From the NCBI GenBank assembly GCA_044450345.1, contig JBIOIY010000004.1, positions 1 through 64,000 on the forward strand: DNA of 64,000 bases, given 5' to 3'. The stretch is from Thermodesulfovibrionales bacterium. GTDB taxonomy: Bacteria; Nitrospirota; Thermodesulfovibrionia; Thermodesulfovibrionales; UBA6898. The stretch's first letter is position 1, and the number at the start of each line of letters is the position of its first letter. Positions 37,815 to 47,602 of this stretch are shown here, piece by piece. Under the pieces are notes generated by a model. The model had not been told where the DNA came from. It did not search any database and saw only the letters and a program-made list of their open reading frames with translations. Position numbers and translations under genes: made by a program.

Positions 37815-39272
37815 TCAGAACCTGAAGTAAATGAACGGGTTATAAGTACCGCCGGACAGCAGGACTATGCAGGCCATGAGGACTGAAAAAAGCATCACGA
37901 GCCCTACGAAATCGTATGCAGTTGACATTATCGTTCCGCGCCCTTTTCCATTAACAGGCGTATTAGTGAGCGCAAGGACCATCCGGGCGACCGTGGGGGT
38001 GCTTCCGATCAGGCCGCATAAAATGACGACAACAGTCTTTACATTCAGCAGGTCGTTTATGGGGATACGTGTGGCGCTGCCGAATCCGAACATGACCTTG
38101 AGGTACTGCGCGGAGGCCACCACGGTCTCTGATCTGAAAAAGACCCAACCGATAAGCACAACCAGCAAGGTATAGCCGCGTCCCACCGGACTTGGTGCTG
38201 ATTCAATGAACCTGCCGAACCGCGTCCTCTCCAAGGACAGAAAAACGCCGTGCCACAGTCCCCATATGACAAAGGTCCAGCTTGCCCCATGCCACAGGCC
38301 ACAAAGAAAAAACACCACTAGGAGATTCAGATATGCCCTGTATGGCGAGACCCGGTTTCCGCCAAGTGGAATATACAGATAGTCCCTAAACCAGGTGGAC
38401 AAAGATATATGCCACCTCCTCCAGAATTCCCGTATCGAACGGGAGATGTAAGGGTAATTGAAGTTCTCTAGGAAATGAAAGCCGAACATTCTGCCGAGCC
38501 CGATAGCCATATCCGAATATCCGGAGAAGTCGAAATAGATCTGGAGGGCATAGCAGAGAGCGCCCAGCCAGGCAGCCCCAGGGGACAGGGCTGAAGAAGG
38601 GGTCCTGAAGATTTGGTCAGCCACGGAAGCGACTGTATTTGCGATAATCACTTTCTTGCCAAGGCCTATAATAAATCTCCGGACCCCGCTGAAAAAGAGT
38701 TCGGGAGCAATTACACGATCTGCTATCTGACCGGCGACATCTTTATAGCGGACGATCGGCCCGGCTATTAATTGCGGGAACAACGCCTTGTACATCGAGA
38801 AATTAATAAGGCTCCTTTGTGCCTTAACATCTCCCTTATAGACATCGATAACATACGAAAGCGCCTGAAAGGTGAAGAAGGAAATGCCTATTGGGAGATG
38901 GACTGAAGGGGCCTGGACCGCATGCCCGGCAAATCTGACGACCTGATTGATATTGCTTATTACGAAGTTAAAATACTTATAAAACACAAAGACCCCTAAA
39001 TTAAAGGACAAGGCTGCGATAAAGCCGGCTTTTGCCTTCCTGTCTCCCCCTGCTGTTCGGAGTTCTTTTTGTTTTTCGATGAATATCGCGAAGTAATAAT
39101 TGAAGACCATGTAGGCGACCATTACGAGCACATACTTGCCCTCTCCCCAAAAGTAAAAGACCAGGCTTGCGGCAAGAAGAAACATATTCCTCAGGTCTCT
39201 CCTGATGAGGAAATAACCCGACAGTACTATAGGCAGGAAGAAAAAAAGAAATATGACTGAACTAAACACCAT
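37815..39272 (-). CDS. MBOAT O-acyltransferase (AlgI/PatA/DltB family)
   Basis: MVFSS..FL, LPIGISFFTFQ, FPQLIAGPIVR, DFSGYSDMAIG, FWRRWHISLS.W, GLWHGA, NPFIYFRF. Confidence 0.93.
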   Translation of the reverse strand: MVFSSVIFLFFFLPIVLSGYFLIRRDLRNMFLLAASLVFYFWGEGKYVLVMVAYMVFNYYFAIFIEKQKELRTAGGDRKAKAGFIAALSFNLGVFVFYKYFNFVISNINQVVRFAGHAVQAPSVHLPIGISFFTFQALSYVIDVYKGDVKAQRSLINFSMYKALFPQLIAGPIVRYKDVAGQIADRVIAPELFFSGVRRFIIGLGKKVIIANTVASVADQIFRTPSSALSPGAAWLGALCYALQIYFDFSGYSDMAIGLGRMFGFHFLENFNYPYISRSIREFWRRWHISLSTWFRDYLYIPLGGNRVSPYRAYLNLLVVFFLCGLWHGASWTFVIWGLWHGVFLSLERTRFGRFIESAPSPVGRGYTLLVVLIGWVFFRSETVVASAQYLKVMFGFGSATRIPINDLLNVKTVVVILCGLIGSTPTVARMVLALTNTPVNGKGRGTIMSTAYDFVGLVMLFSVLMACIVLLSGGTYNPFIYFRF

Positions 39273-39501
39273 GAGTCTAAATCCCTTTAATGAAATACCC
39301 GCCGGATTTCAGAGAGTTGTCTTTCTCGTAAAGAAATTTCGCGACCTTAGCTGGATCTTTCATTAAAACCCTCTTCATTAAGTAGTATTTTGCCTCTATT
39401 TCCCTGAGCAGCTATTTTTTTATCCACCGGATCGTCTTTAGCTACCCCTCCCGGAAAGAGATCCGGGGCTCCCACGAAAGGAAGTCGCGGTTACTCAAAA
39501 T

Positions 39502-39555
39502 ATAGAGATCATAACGTTCGCAACACTTTACCAATTTGCAGGAAAAAATTCAATG
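39502..39555 (-). repeat. Duplicate of the amidase promoter and start (35374-35427)
   Basis: 51/54 nt identical by manual alignment; reads ATG ATC TCT ATA TTT TGA (MISIF*). Confidence 0.88.
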
Positions 39556-39771
39556 ACGGTAATGTTATCGCGGTGAGCCGACGGCCCTGATGGGTGTCGG
39601 GATTCTCGTCCCGCCTATTCCCCGGGGAAAAAGGTCCCTGATATCCCGTAAAAAAATTTTGCTCTATCAAGGCGCCACTGACATAATTTTCCTGAGATTT
39701 GCGGTATTCTTTGCAGTATCGATTGCCCGCGCACTGGGGATTTTTTACAGACAATACGGAGGGTGTGTGTT

Positions 39772-40062
39772 ATGAAACGAATTGTCTTGATGATTCTATT
39801 TTTCCTTGTGGTTCCTCTTTTGATCTCAGCCTGCGGGGGAAGCAGCGCTTCAGGATCAGACAACACGCAACCTCCTGCTGACGGGGTTCATGCCTTGGAT
39901 AACTGGCACTGGCGAAATCCTTTACCGCAAGGCAACGCCCTAAACAGAATAGCTTTCGGCAATGACATCTTAAAGGAAGGGAGTCCCGAGGGGGAGATTC
40001 ATGTCAGGATTATTTGTCAAAGAGTTTTTCAGAGTTGGGCGGGTCAGAAAATCTCTCAATAA
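39772..40062 (+). pseudogene. Probable truncated lipoprotein (N-terminus of a beta-propeller repeat protein)
   Basis: GGAGG SD, lipobox ISAC, WHWRNPLPQGNALNRIAFGN first-blade-like motif, then loses similarity and overlaps the convergent gene. Confidence 0.5.
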
Positions 40063-41545
40063 CATTTTTGTAAGCGATCAGTTGAGATTGTTGTACTTCA
40101 ATAATTCCATTATTTATATCATTTAAGCACTCTTGCACAATATGTGTCGCTATTTCCTCGTCATTATACTCCCTGATTTGATATTCCACCATCTCTATTC
40201 TGGAACTGAATTCACGATATTTTCTATTTTCTAGGACACCGCATGACGCCAAAGACACCCGTGGCATATTGAAGCCGTCAACTTTACTTATGAGATCATA
40301 AACCATGTCTAACTTTTCCATATTACAGGTCTCAAAAATATTGTCCCATTTGGCAGGAAGACGACCTCTATGAGACAAAAATATCAAATCAAATCCCAGC
40401 CTATTACTCAGTTCAATGATCTTGTCAACTTCGTGTGCATTGCCTAAGGTGATAACACAGGCCAGGTTAACTGTCTTTATCTCACCTTTACCCAGTGCGT
40501 CCGAGATGTATAACAGTTTTTTATAGACATTTTCCCATTTAGAGCCTCTCCTGATACTTTCATACGTCTCTCTTGTAGCTCCGTCAACAGAAATTGACAG
40601 CGTAATATTATTATGTCTGATTTCTTTCCAGATTTTAGGGGTAAAAACCGTCAAATTTGTGATCAGGTTTATGGTAATTCCACGGGAGGAGAAAAAGTCA
40701 GAGCGCAGCAGATCTACGAATTCATCAAATAGAAAAATCTCTCCGGCGCCTGAAGTAGTTATGCTTTGCAGATCGCCGGACGAAGCGATCCGTTTAATGT
40801 TGTTTACGGCATCCTGAACGGCCTTTCTGTTGACAACCTTGACGTCTTCGCGACATATAGTGCATTTCAGATTACAGCCGTCACTTATGTCGTACACTAA
40901 TTTAGAAGGTGCGAAATCCAATTCAGTTTTTCTATTGTTAATGGCATTCAAGGCACGTATGCTTGGCGATTCTTGCACAGCCGCACCATTCAAATAAGGG
41001 CATATATGCACACGACAAAACTTTCTATGATTGTCTTCCAGAAAAGCTTCACGATATTGACGTATTTTGATCCCATTCCACAACTCGTCATAAGACTGTT
41101 CATTTATATTGCCTATTGAGTAACTTATGCTGGCAAGCCAGCTGGGACACTGACACGTATGCACATCCCCCGATGCCATGATATAAAGATTGTTCCAGGG
41201 AAAGTAGCATTTTTCCGTGATCTGACGCTTATCGCTGATAAGAATAGGACTGGAGGACAACTCTATATCTGTTCCGGAGACTTTTACCCCAATAATGTGC
41301 GGCTTATTATCATCCTTAAGATAATTCTCCGCGTTATACACAAAAGAATGTTTTCCATTACCCTTCCCGGCCTTTAACAGGTCCTCACGAAACTGGGAAG
41401 CTGCAATGCTTGCAACACGTACAGCGTCGATATATACATCAAGATTGATGGGCCTGTCCGGTTCATCCTTTTTATAACACCAGCCAAATACCGTTTTATC
41501 ATTAAATCCATCCAAATATCCTTCGTATGCTATTTCTTTTCTCAT
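40010..41545 (-). CDS. Radical SAM protein with N-terminal Ig-like domain and an upstream SPASM/twitch-like Cys domain
   Basis: CNLKCTIC (CxxxCxxC), SGAGE, SVDG....YE.IR.G; earlier CYFPW.......GDV..C.C...GNI......LWNG...C...C. Confidence 0.8.
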   Translation of the reverse strand: MRKEIAYEGYLDGFNDKTVFGWCYKKDEPDRPINLDVYIDAVRVASIAASQFREDLLKAGKGNGKHSFVYNAENYLKDDNKPHIIGVKVSGTDIELSSSPILISDKRQITEKCYFPWNNLYIMASGDVHTCQCPSWLASISYSIGNINEQSYDELWNGIKIRQYREAFLEDNHRKFCRVHICPYLNGAAVQESPSIRALNAINNRKTELDFAPSKLVYDISDGCNLKCTICREDVKVVNRKAVQDAVNNIKRIASSGDLQSITTSGAGEIFLFDEFVDLLRSDFFSSRGITINLITNLTVFTPKIWKEIRHNNITLSISVDGATRETYESIRRGSKWENVYKKLLYISDALGKGEIKTVNLACVITLGNAHEVDKIIELSNRLGFDLIFLSHRGRLPAKWDNIFETCNMEKLDMVYDLISKVDGFNMPRVSLASCGVLENRKYREFSSRIEMVEYQIREYNDEEIATHIVQECLNDINNGIIEVQQSQLIAYKNVIERFSDPPNSEKLFDK

Positions 41546-41661
41546 GATTTAATCTTAGGACAAAACATTCAAACTGTACTCCCTCTCTGGGATTTCTATG
41601 GATGCAATTATATCATTTCACAGAGTGTGGTGTCCAGGAAGCGTTTTATGAAGTGACTTCG

Positions 41662-42570
41662 TTAAGATGTCTTTCGTAGCCAGATACTCCCTCCAGGGTT
41701 CATCAAGCATAGGGGCATCCATTTTTCAAATTGCTCTCTATAGAAATATTCGAGATAAGTATTAAAAAAGACAATTTCAAAGGCATTATTATATTGAAGA
41801 AAGGCTTTGAGAATATACGCTTCATTCCAGGCAATCCCCTGGTAAATCCATTCTTTGTTGTATTCGAAAGGATAGAACACATCGTGAAAGTGAACAAGCA
41901 CACCTTTGGATAAACTCGGCAAGATATCAAATATTATAGCATTCACATCACTTCCAACTTTTGATACGTGAGTCGAGTCAATGAACAATATGTCGTCCTC
42001 TGACAATTCACGGAAGAAGTCCAATTCAACATTTTGCAGGGTTTTAGGAAGGATGCGATATTTTGATCTATCCCCTTCTTTCATTAATGAAAATAAATTA
42101 GTATATGGCTCAATAAATGCAATATCAATGCCGTTCTGAAAAAAAATTTCATTTGTATCCATCATGACACACGACGAATATCCTGAACCCACTTCAATAA
42201 TTTTTTTAGGTTTTGCTTTTCTGATCATCGAATAGAGACATATGGCATCAGAATACGAGTAAGCTGGATTATTAAAAAAATAGCGCAGAGAGGGATTTTT
42301 TTGAGGAGTAAAAGGCATCTCTTTATAGAATGTCACGAACTCCCTGAAGTAATTAAGCTGTTTTTCTGTATTAAGATCAATTCCGGGCAGATTTTCCGGA
42401 ATGCTGCCCCAAATTTTATCTTCCCTGCTTCTAATGTCATCGAGCGAAGGTATCGGAGAATAGAAATGTCCCGGCGGAACATGAGTATAGCCCTGCAACA
42501 AAGAGTCTCTTTCATCCTTCAGCTTTTTGATTTGTGGTATTTTTAAGGCTAATTCCTTTAAGAATCGCAT
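41662..42570 (-). CDS. Class I SAM-dependent methyltransferase (Methyltransf_24-like)
   Basis: PPGHFYSPIP, IIEVGSGYSS, LFIDSTHV, HFHDVF. Confidence 0.85.
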   Translation of the reverse strand: MRFLKELALKIPQIKKLKDERDSLLQGYTHVPPGHFYSPIPSLDDIRSREDKIWGSIPENLPGIDLNTEKQLNYFREFVTFYKEMPFTPQKNPSLRYFFNNPAYSYSDAICLYSMIRKAKPKKIIEVGSGYSSCVMMDTNEIFFQNGIDIAFIEPYTNLFSLMKEGDRSKYRILPKTLQNVELDFFRELSEDDILFIDSTHVSKVGSDVNAIIFDILPSLSKGVLVHFHDVFYPFEYNKEWIYQGIAWNEAYILKAFLQYNNAFEIVFFNTYLEYFYREQFEKWMPLCLMNPGGSIWLRKTS

Positions 42571-42768
42571 AACATTGCCCTCCCTATTTTGTCATGTATC
42601 CCGATTTTGGGCTAACTTGTTCAGGGCATCCGGACACCTTACGATAAGTCCTTTCCCGTTGAAGTTAACGACTATTATGCTGACTATCCTCAAAAAGACA
42701 TATCCTGGCATGGGAACGCTTTTTTTGAATAGCAGCTGACTGTCGTATCTCTTTCGTCCATAAAAACT

Positions 42769-44883
42769 TCATGGAGTGTTTTTCCCCCTCTTCTTTCGAG
42801 CCTTAACGAACATAAACCCTCCGGATGTGCCGAGTGAATTATCCTTTACGAGCAGGTTCCGCATGAGCAGCATTGCCGCATTAAAGGCCTTGATCTGTTC
42901 CGAGGAAAAAGTTAAGAGAAACTCCCTAAAGTCTTTGCCTACCCGCTCCTCGGTCTTTTCATACTTTTCGATGTCATACCAGTTATAGCACGGCCCCATA
43001 CAATTTTCGGCGATAACTTCTTCAAAATATCTCTCGAACCTTTTCAAGACCTTGTCAAAAGGCTCAAGCCCCACATGTCCATCGACCAATAGGTGTTGTT
43101 TTTCGCTTTCGGGCAATCTGCAGTAATCTATGTCGTCCGCCTCAATACCGTGCAACATAACCCCGTCATCCTTCAGTAAGCGCAGCCATTCGGCAAGATA
43201 CACATCTTTCACCTCGTTCTCTATGTGTCCCAGGACATCGAGACTTACTACAAAGTCAAACGATTTATCGGGATAAGGGATGTCATACCCGTCACAGAGC
43301 ACAGCCTCATCATACCCAGCGAGAAGCGCCTGTTCCAGGCCTTTTTCGGAGAGATCCGCGCCCACAAGGTAAGTCCGCTTGCTTTTCAAAAGATTGAGAG
43401 TCCCTGAGCCGCAGCCTACATCAAGTGCAGAAGCACCTTCTGTAACATTGTTGTATATCCAGTATTGTTTCACGTATGCAATATTGAATCTGGAAGTCGG
43501 ATCACACTTAACGATGTTGGGGCCATGGTTCCAGACAAATTTATCCGCATAAAAAGCGTTTATATCGTCGATGCCGAGTTTCTTATAGACAGAGTTTACT
43601 GCGGTCAGTTCTTTATTGCTCGTATGTTTCCTAATCTTTTTTTTTGCGCATGAAATATCGCAACCTGCAAGAACGGATTTGTAAATCTTTTCCACCGTAA
43701 ACGCCTCATCTTCCAGTCGCACAGGAAGATGAATATTTGACCTCAGCGCTTCCAAAACAGAAGGCTGATCCGCAATCCTCCTAATTATTTCCGCAAGTCC
43801 ATCGGGATCCTGAATCGAAAATATAAAGCCGTTTTCCCCGTTTCTTATAAATTCATAAGCGCTTCCTACCATGTCCGACGCGATCACGGGCACTTCATAT
43901 GCAAGACTCTCGATTACGACAAGTCCGTAGCTCTCCAACGTGGAGGACGGGACGAGCACGACATCGACCTCATTCAGTATATTCGGCAGTTCATCGTGAT
44001 TGAAGCGGCCCATAACTTTGATCCGCGGGTCTTCCGACTCTGCGTTGCGGAGGAAGTCGATAGTACCATCAATGCCAATAGAGTTCCCGTAAATATTGAG
44101 CCTGATATTTGGGGATGTCACACCCTTGAACGTGTCAACGAGGAGATTAATCCCCTTGTACCTGCCGACAACTCCCATGTAGGCAAAGATAATCGGCGCC
44201 CCCTCCTGTCTGGTTCGCTTTTTTGATGCGACGTATCGGTAATCCACCCCGTGGTTGACGTGGTGGATCGGCTTGTCCCAGCCGTTTGCCCTGAATATTT
44301 CTATCAGGAACCTCGACGGCGCTATACGCGCATCAACTGAGTCGAATAATATTCTGGCATTGCGCAGCCGCACAAAGATCGAATCATCGACCCCGCACTG
44401 GGCCTGACATTTTTTGCCTTCCTCTGGAGAATTGCAGGAAGAATAATCAGGTTTGAAGAACCGCCCCCTGGCGCAGATAAGCCAGAAATCCGTAATCGTC
44501 AATACCACCGGAATGCCGATTTGCTTTGCCGCAGCGACAACATACGATAGACGCATCGGATGGGCTATATGGATGACGTCTGGTCGCTCCTTCTTGAGGA
44601 TATCCCTCACGTCTTCCAGCAGATCGTCGTATATCCTGTAACCCTGATCAATCGGGATCTCCTTGTGCCGTATGCAGTCAACCGGGATACCCTCGAAGGC
44701 GTAAGACCGGTAAAGTATGTTGCCGACAGGCTGGAACTCGTCGGCCTGATCGTCGACACCGTATGTCAACACCTTCACGGTATTCCCCATCCTCTGCATC
44801 TGTTTCGCTATGTTGAGGACATAACGCTCTGTCCCGCCAAAGAATTTAGGGAAAAAATCGTGGACCACATAGAGAATCCTCAT
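42769..44883 (-). CDS. GT4 glycosyltransferase fused to a C-terminal SAM methyltransferase
   Basis: H.F.P...GGTE, PSSTLESYGLVVIESL; LDVGCGSG, SFDFVVSLDVLGHI. Confidence 0.85.
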   Translation of the reverse strand: MRILYVVHDFFPKFFGGTERYVLNIAKQMQRMGNTVKVLTYGVDDQADEFQPVGNILYRSYAFEGIPVDCIRHKEIPIDQGYRIYDDLLEDVRDILKKERPDVIHIAHPMRLSYVVAAAKQIGIPVVLTITDFWLICARGRFFKPDYSSCNSPEEGKKCQAQCGVDDSIFVRLRNARILFDSVDARIAPSRFLIEIFRANGWDKPIHHVNHGVDYRYVASKKRTRQEGAPIIFAYMGVVGRYKGINLLVDTFKGVTSPNIRLNIYGNSIGIDGTIDFLRNAESEDPRIKVMGRFNHDELPNILNEVDVVLVPSSTLESYGLVVIESLAYEVPVIASDMVGSAYEFIRNGENGFIFSIQDPDGLAEIIRRIADQPSVLEALRSNIHLPVRLEDEAFTVEKIYKSVLAGCDISCAKKKIRKHTSNKELTAVNSVYKKLGIDDINAFYADKFVWNHGPNIVKCDPTSRFNIAYVKQYWIYNNVTEGASALDVGCGSGTLNLLKSKRTYLVGADLSEKGLEQALLAGYDEAVLCDGYDIPYPDKSFDFVVSLDVLGHIENEVKDVYLAEWLRLLKDDGVMLHGIEADDIDYCRLPESEKQHLLVDGHVGLEPFDKVLKRFERYFEEVIAENCMGPCYNWYDIEKYEKTEERVGKDFREFLLTFSSEQIKAFNAAMLLMRNLLVKDNSLGTSGGFMFVKARKKRGKNTP

Positions 44884-47453
44884 ACGCAGTTCCCAAAGAT
44901 AGCGCCGATCCTTGACGAGGCGTCGTCGCCTGTCTTATGAAATGCGGAAAAATCACCGAGGTTGGCCCCGAGGACTACACCGGCAAGACTGTGCAACGAA
45001 AGGACAATGTCTTTTATCTCAATATCAGCAAACTGGCGACGCACCAGGAAATTATTAAAGCTATAAAGGGTTGAATAGAATTGTTCCATGAGCACATCCG
45101 GCGTTGCCAAGATCCTATTGTCGCAGGTACCATAAGCTTCCATCAGATCCCGCAGCACCCTTTCCATGCTCGGCTCCCCGCGATATCCATCTCCGGCGGA
45201 GTGAGAGGAGATGATATGCTGCAATGTCGCTACGAGAGGGACATCTTCTTCCCCTCCATGAAGATCAGCCTGGGCGAGCATGTTGAATGCAGAGTCGAGT
45301 TTTCGGTAAGTAGAATATATGTACTCGAGCATTTCGGAAAAATCTCTTATCCCGATTTCTTGCCAATTGACCGGCTCGACGTTAAGCAGTTGAATCAAGG
45401 CCTTTCTGTCAATATAACTTCTCTTGAAATAATATGCCGCCTCTCTGGTATGTGAGTGTATCACGCCCACCGACGACAGAAAGCCTATTTTGTACCCGCT
45501 TCTTACCAGACGCAACCCCAGATCCAGATCTTCAGCATAGGGCAAGTCGTTAAACTCATACTTCGCGAATACGTCCCTCCTGATACAGGAGCAGATATTG
45601 TCTATCTGTGATATCCTCCTCCTGTCACCGTGACCCAACTCCTCCAAATTTTTTTTGCGCAGAGAGACGATCTCGTCTTTAGGGTACCTCAGGAAATTCT
45701 CATAATGGTTCCATATCTGCCAACACGCAAAAAAATCAGCGTCGCTGCGGGGCACTTGTTTCGCTGATACGGCGGCGATTTTCGGATCATTCTTCATACC
45801 CCTGACCATATCGGCAAAACACGTTTCGCCGATGGGTATCGCATCCTGAGAAAGGAAGACAATAAAGTCTCCTGTTGCATGCCGGGCCCCATAGTTTCTG
45901 GTTTTTCCGTGGCCAAATTCAGAAGGAAGGATAGAAAATACCTGTGATCCGAAACGACCGGCCAGGTCAATGGTATCATCCGTGGAGCCCGAATCGACCA
46001 CGATTATTTCCACGTCTATGCCTTTCTGCATCCTGATCCTTTCGAGGACCTGCCTGAAGTCAGTCCCGCCATTTTTTGTCGGTATGACCACCGATACCTT
46101 TACGCCGAGGTTTTCCACCCCATTGCATTTGACATCCGGAACCTTAAAGAGTTCGGTCTTTATGGAGGAACTGGCCTTTACCTCGCGGAACTGCCTTTTT
46201 ACCTTGCCGAAGAAAATTTTTATCCCGTCCTTCTTTAACGTCCTGATTCCTCTTAATACCTTATGGTAAGCCTTCCACCGACTCGATCCGACCGGTGCCA
46301 CTACACTCTTTATATTTCTGCGGTACCATTCCAAAATCATCCATCCTATGCCTGACCGCACCTCTTCGATGTAAGCAATTTTGACTGTTAATTCTTCCCT
46401 GGTTTTTTGCAGTTCACGCCCGACTTCACGCAATTCCCCCGCAGTCGCATTAAGTTCTTCTCTGAACTTTCGGCTTTCTTCTGCGGCATTCCGCAATTCC
46501 TCTTTTATTTTTTCAAGATCTTCCTCTTTGTCCTGCAGTTTATCCATCACCTCGCGAAGTTCAATGTCCTTTTTCTGTAATTCCTCGTCCTTTTTCCGTA
46601 ATTCCTCCCAGCTTCCCTTGACGCCCTGTGCGAGAAGTTCTCTAATCTGCAGGTCACGGCGACCAAGCTGTTCCTGCTTTTTCAGGAAATAACCATATGC
46701 GACCTGAGCCGTTCTCCCTGATCCATGTTTTTTGAGGACCTCAATATATTTAATTCTTGCTAAAGCCGGGTCAGAATGCGCGATCTGAAAATCTCGGCTC
46801 CACTGATAGTATTTCGCCGTCGGTGATGCTATGTGCTGAAATGGATATGTACGGGACATTCTTATCAGGAGGTCCCAATCTTCAAAGATTTCGAAATTAA
46901 CATCAAACAGACCTACCCGGTCAAAAATCTCCCGATGGATCAGGAGACAAATTAAGGGTATGTAATTTTCGAAAAGCAGAATATCCGGCGAAAAGTCCTC
47001 GGAAAAGAAAACCCCCTCGTTGATCGGGATAAACCTTTTCTGCATGGGGTCGTAGTGAGACCGTATAATGTCCGCATCTGTGTATGCGATCCTGTAATCG
47101 CTGTTTTCCAGAAACTGCAAAAGCGTTTCCACATGATCCGGATAAAACTCATCGTCGTCATCGAGAAACCCTAGGAATTCGCCTTTTGCGTTCTCGATCC
47201 CGACATTCCCGGCATGTGCGCGGCCGGTATTTTTTTCGAGTCTTATGTAGTTGCACGAGACATCCCCGAGAATCCCTCTGATTTCCTCGACGTCCAGGTC
47301 GCAGCCGCCGTCATTGACAAGGACGACCTCTATCGGCCGGTAGGTCTGCGCAGCGATGCTCTGCAAGGCTTTTTTGAGCAGCTTGGGCCTGTCTTTTGTC
47401 CTGACGATTATGGAAACCAAAGTCATGCTTTCTTCCAATATATTATTCCTCAT
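44880..47453 (-). CDS. Double GT2 glycosyltransferase with central coiled coil
   Basis: VSIIVRT..R, FLDDDD, EDWD; long E/K/L heptad stretch; second VSVVIP, VDSGSTD, F.HG.TRN, SQDA. Confidence 0.85.
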   Translation of the reverse strand: MRNNILEESMTLVSIIVRTKDRPKLLKKALQSIAAQTYRPIEVVLVNDGGCDLDVEEIRGILGDVSCNYIRLEKNTGRAHAGNVGIENAKGEFLGFLDDDDEFYPDHVETLLQFLENSDYRIAYTDADIIRSHYDPMQKRFIPINEGVFFSEDFSPDILLFENYIPLICLLIHREIFDRVGLFDVNFEIFEDWDLLIRMSRTYPFQHIASPTAKYYQWSRDFQIAHSDPALARIKYIEVLKKHGSGRTAQVAYGYFLKKQEQLGRRDLQIRELLAQGVKGSWEELRKKDEELQKKDIELREVMDKLQDKEEDLEKIKEELRNAAEESRKFREELNATAGELREVGRELQKTREELTVKIAYIEEVRSGIGWMILEWYRRNIKSVVAPVGSSRWKAYHKVLRGIRTLKKDGIKIFFGKVKRQFREVKASSSIKTELFKVPDVKCNGVENLGVKVSVVIPTKNGGTDFRQVLERIRMQKGIDVEIIVVDSGSTDDTIDLAGRFGSQVFSILPSEFGHGKTRNYGARHATGDFIVFLSQDAIPIGETCFADMVRGMKNDPKIAAVSAKQVPRSDADFFACWQIWNHYENFLRYPKDEIVSLRKKNLEELGHGDRRRISQIDNICSCIRRDVFAKYEFNDLPYAEDLDLGLRLVRSGYKIGFLSSVGVIHSHTREAAYYFKRSYIDRKALIQLLNVEPVNWQEIGIRDFSEMLEYIYSTYRKLDSAFNMLAQADLHGGEEDVPLVATLQHIISSHSAGDGYRGEPSMERVLRDLMEAYGTCDNRILATPDVLMEQFYSTLYSFNNFLVRRQFADIEIKDIVLSLHSLAGVVLGANLGDFSAFHKTGDDASSRIGAIFGNCV

Positions 47454-47602
47454 TTAAATAGTTCTCTGGATTCCCGCCTCAGCGGGAATGGCGGCAACAT
47501 GATATCCGAAATTCCCTGTAAGTACGCGTTCTTATTATATTGGATGAGGCCCTAAAATTTCCATGACGGTTCAGGTCTGCGGAAGAGGGGGACGACGGGA
47601 AG

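Noticed and set aside
39300..39460. Possible SGNH C-terminal remnant upstream of the MBOAT gene
   Set aside because: The similarity is too short and spread over two frames
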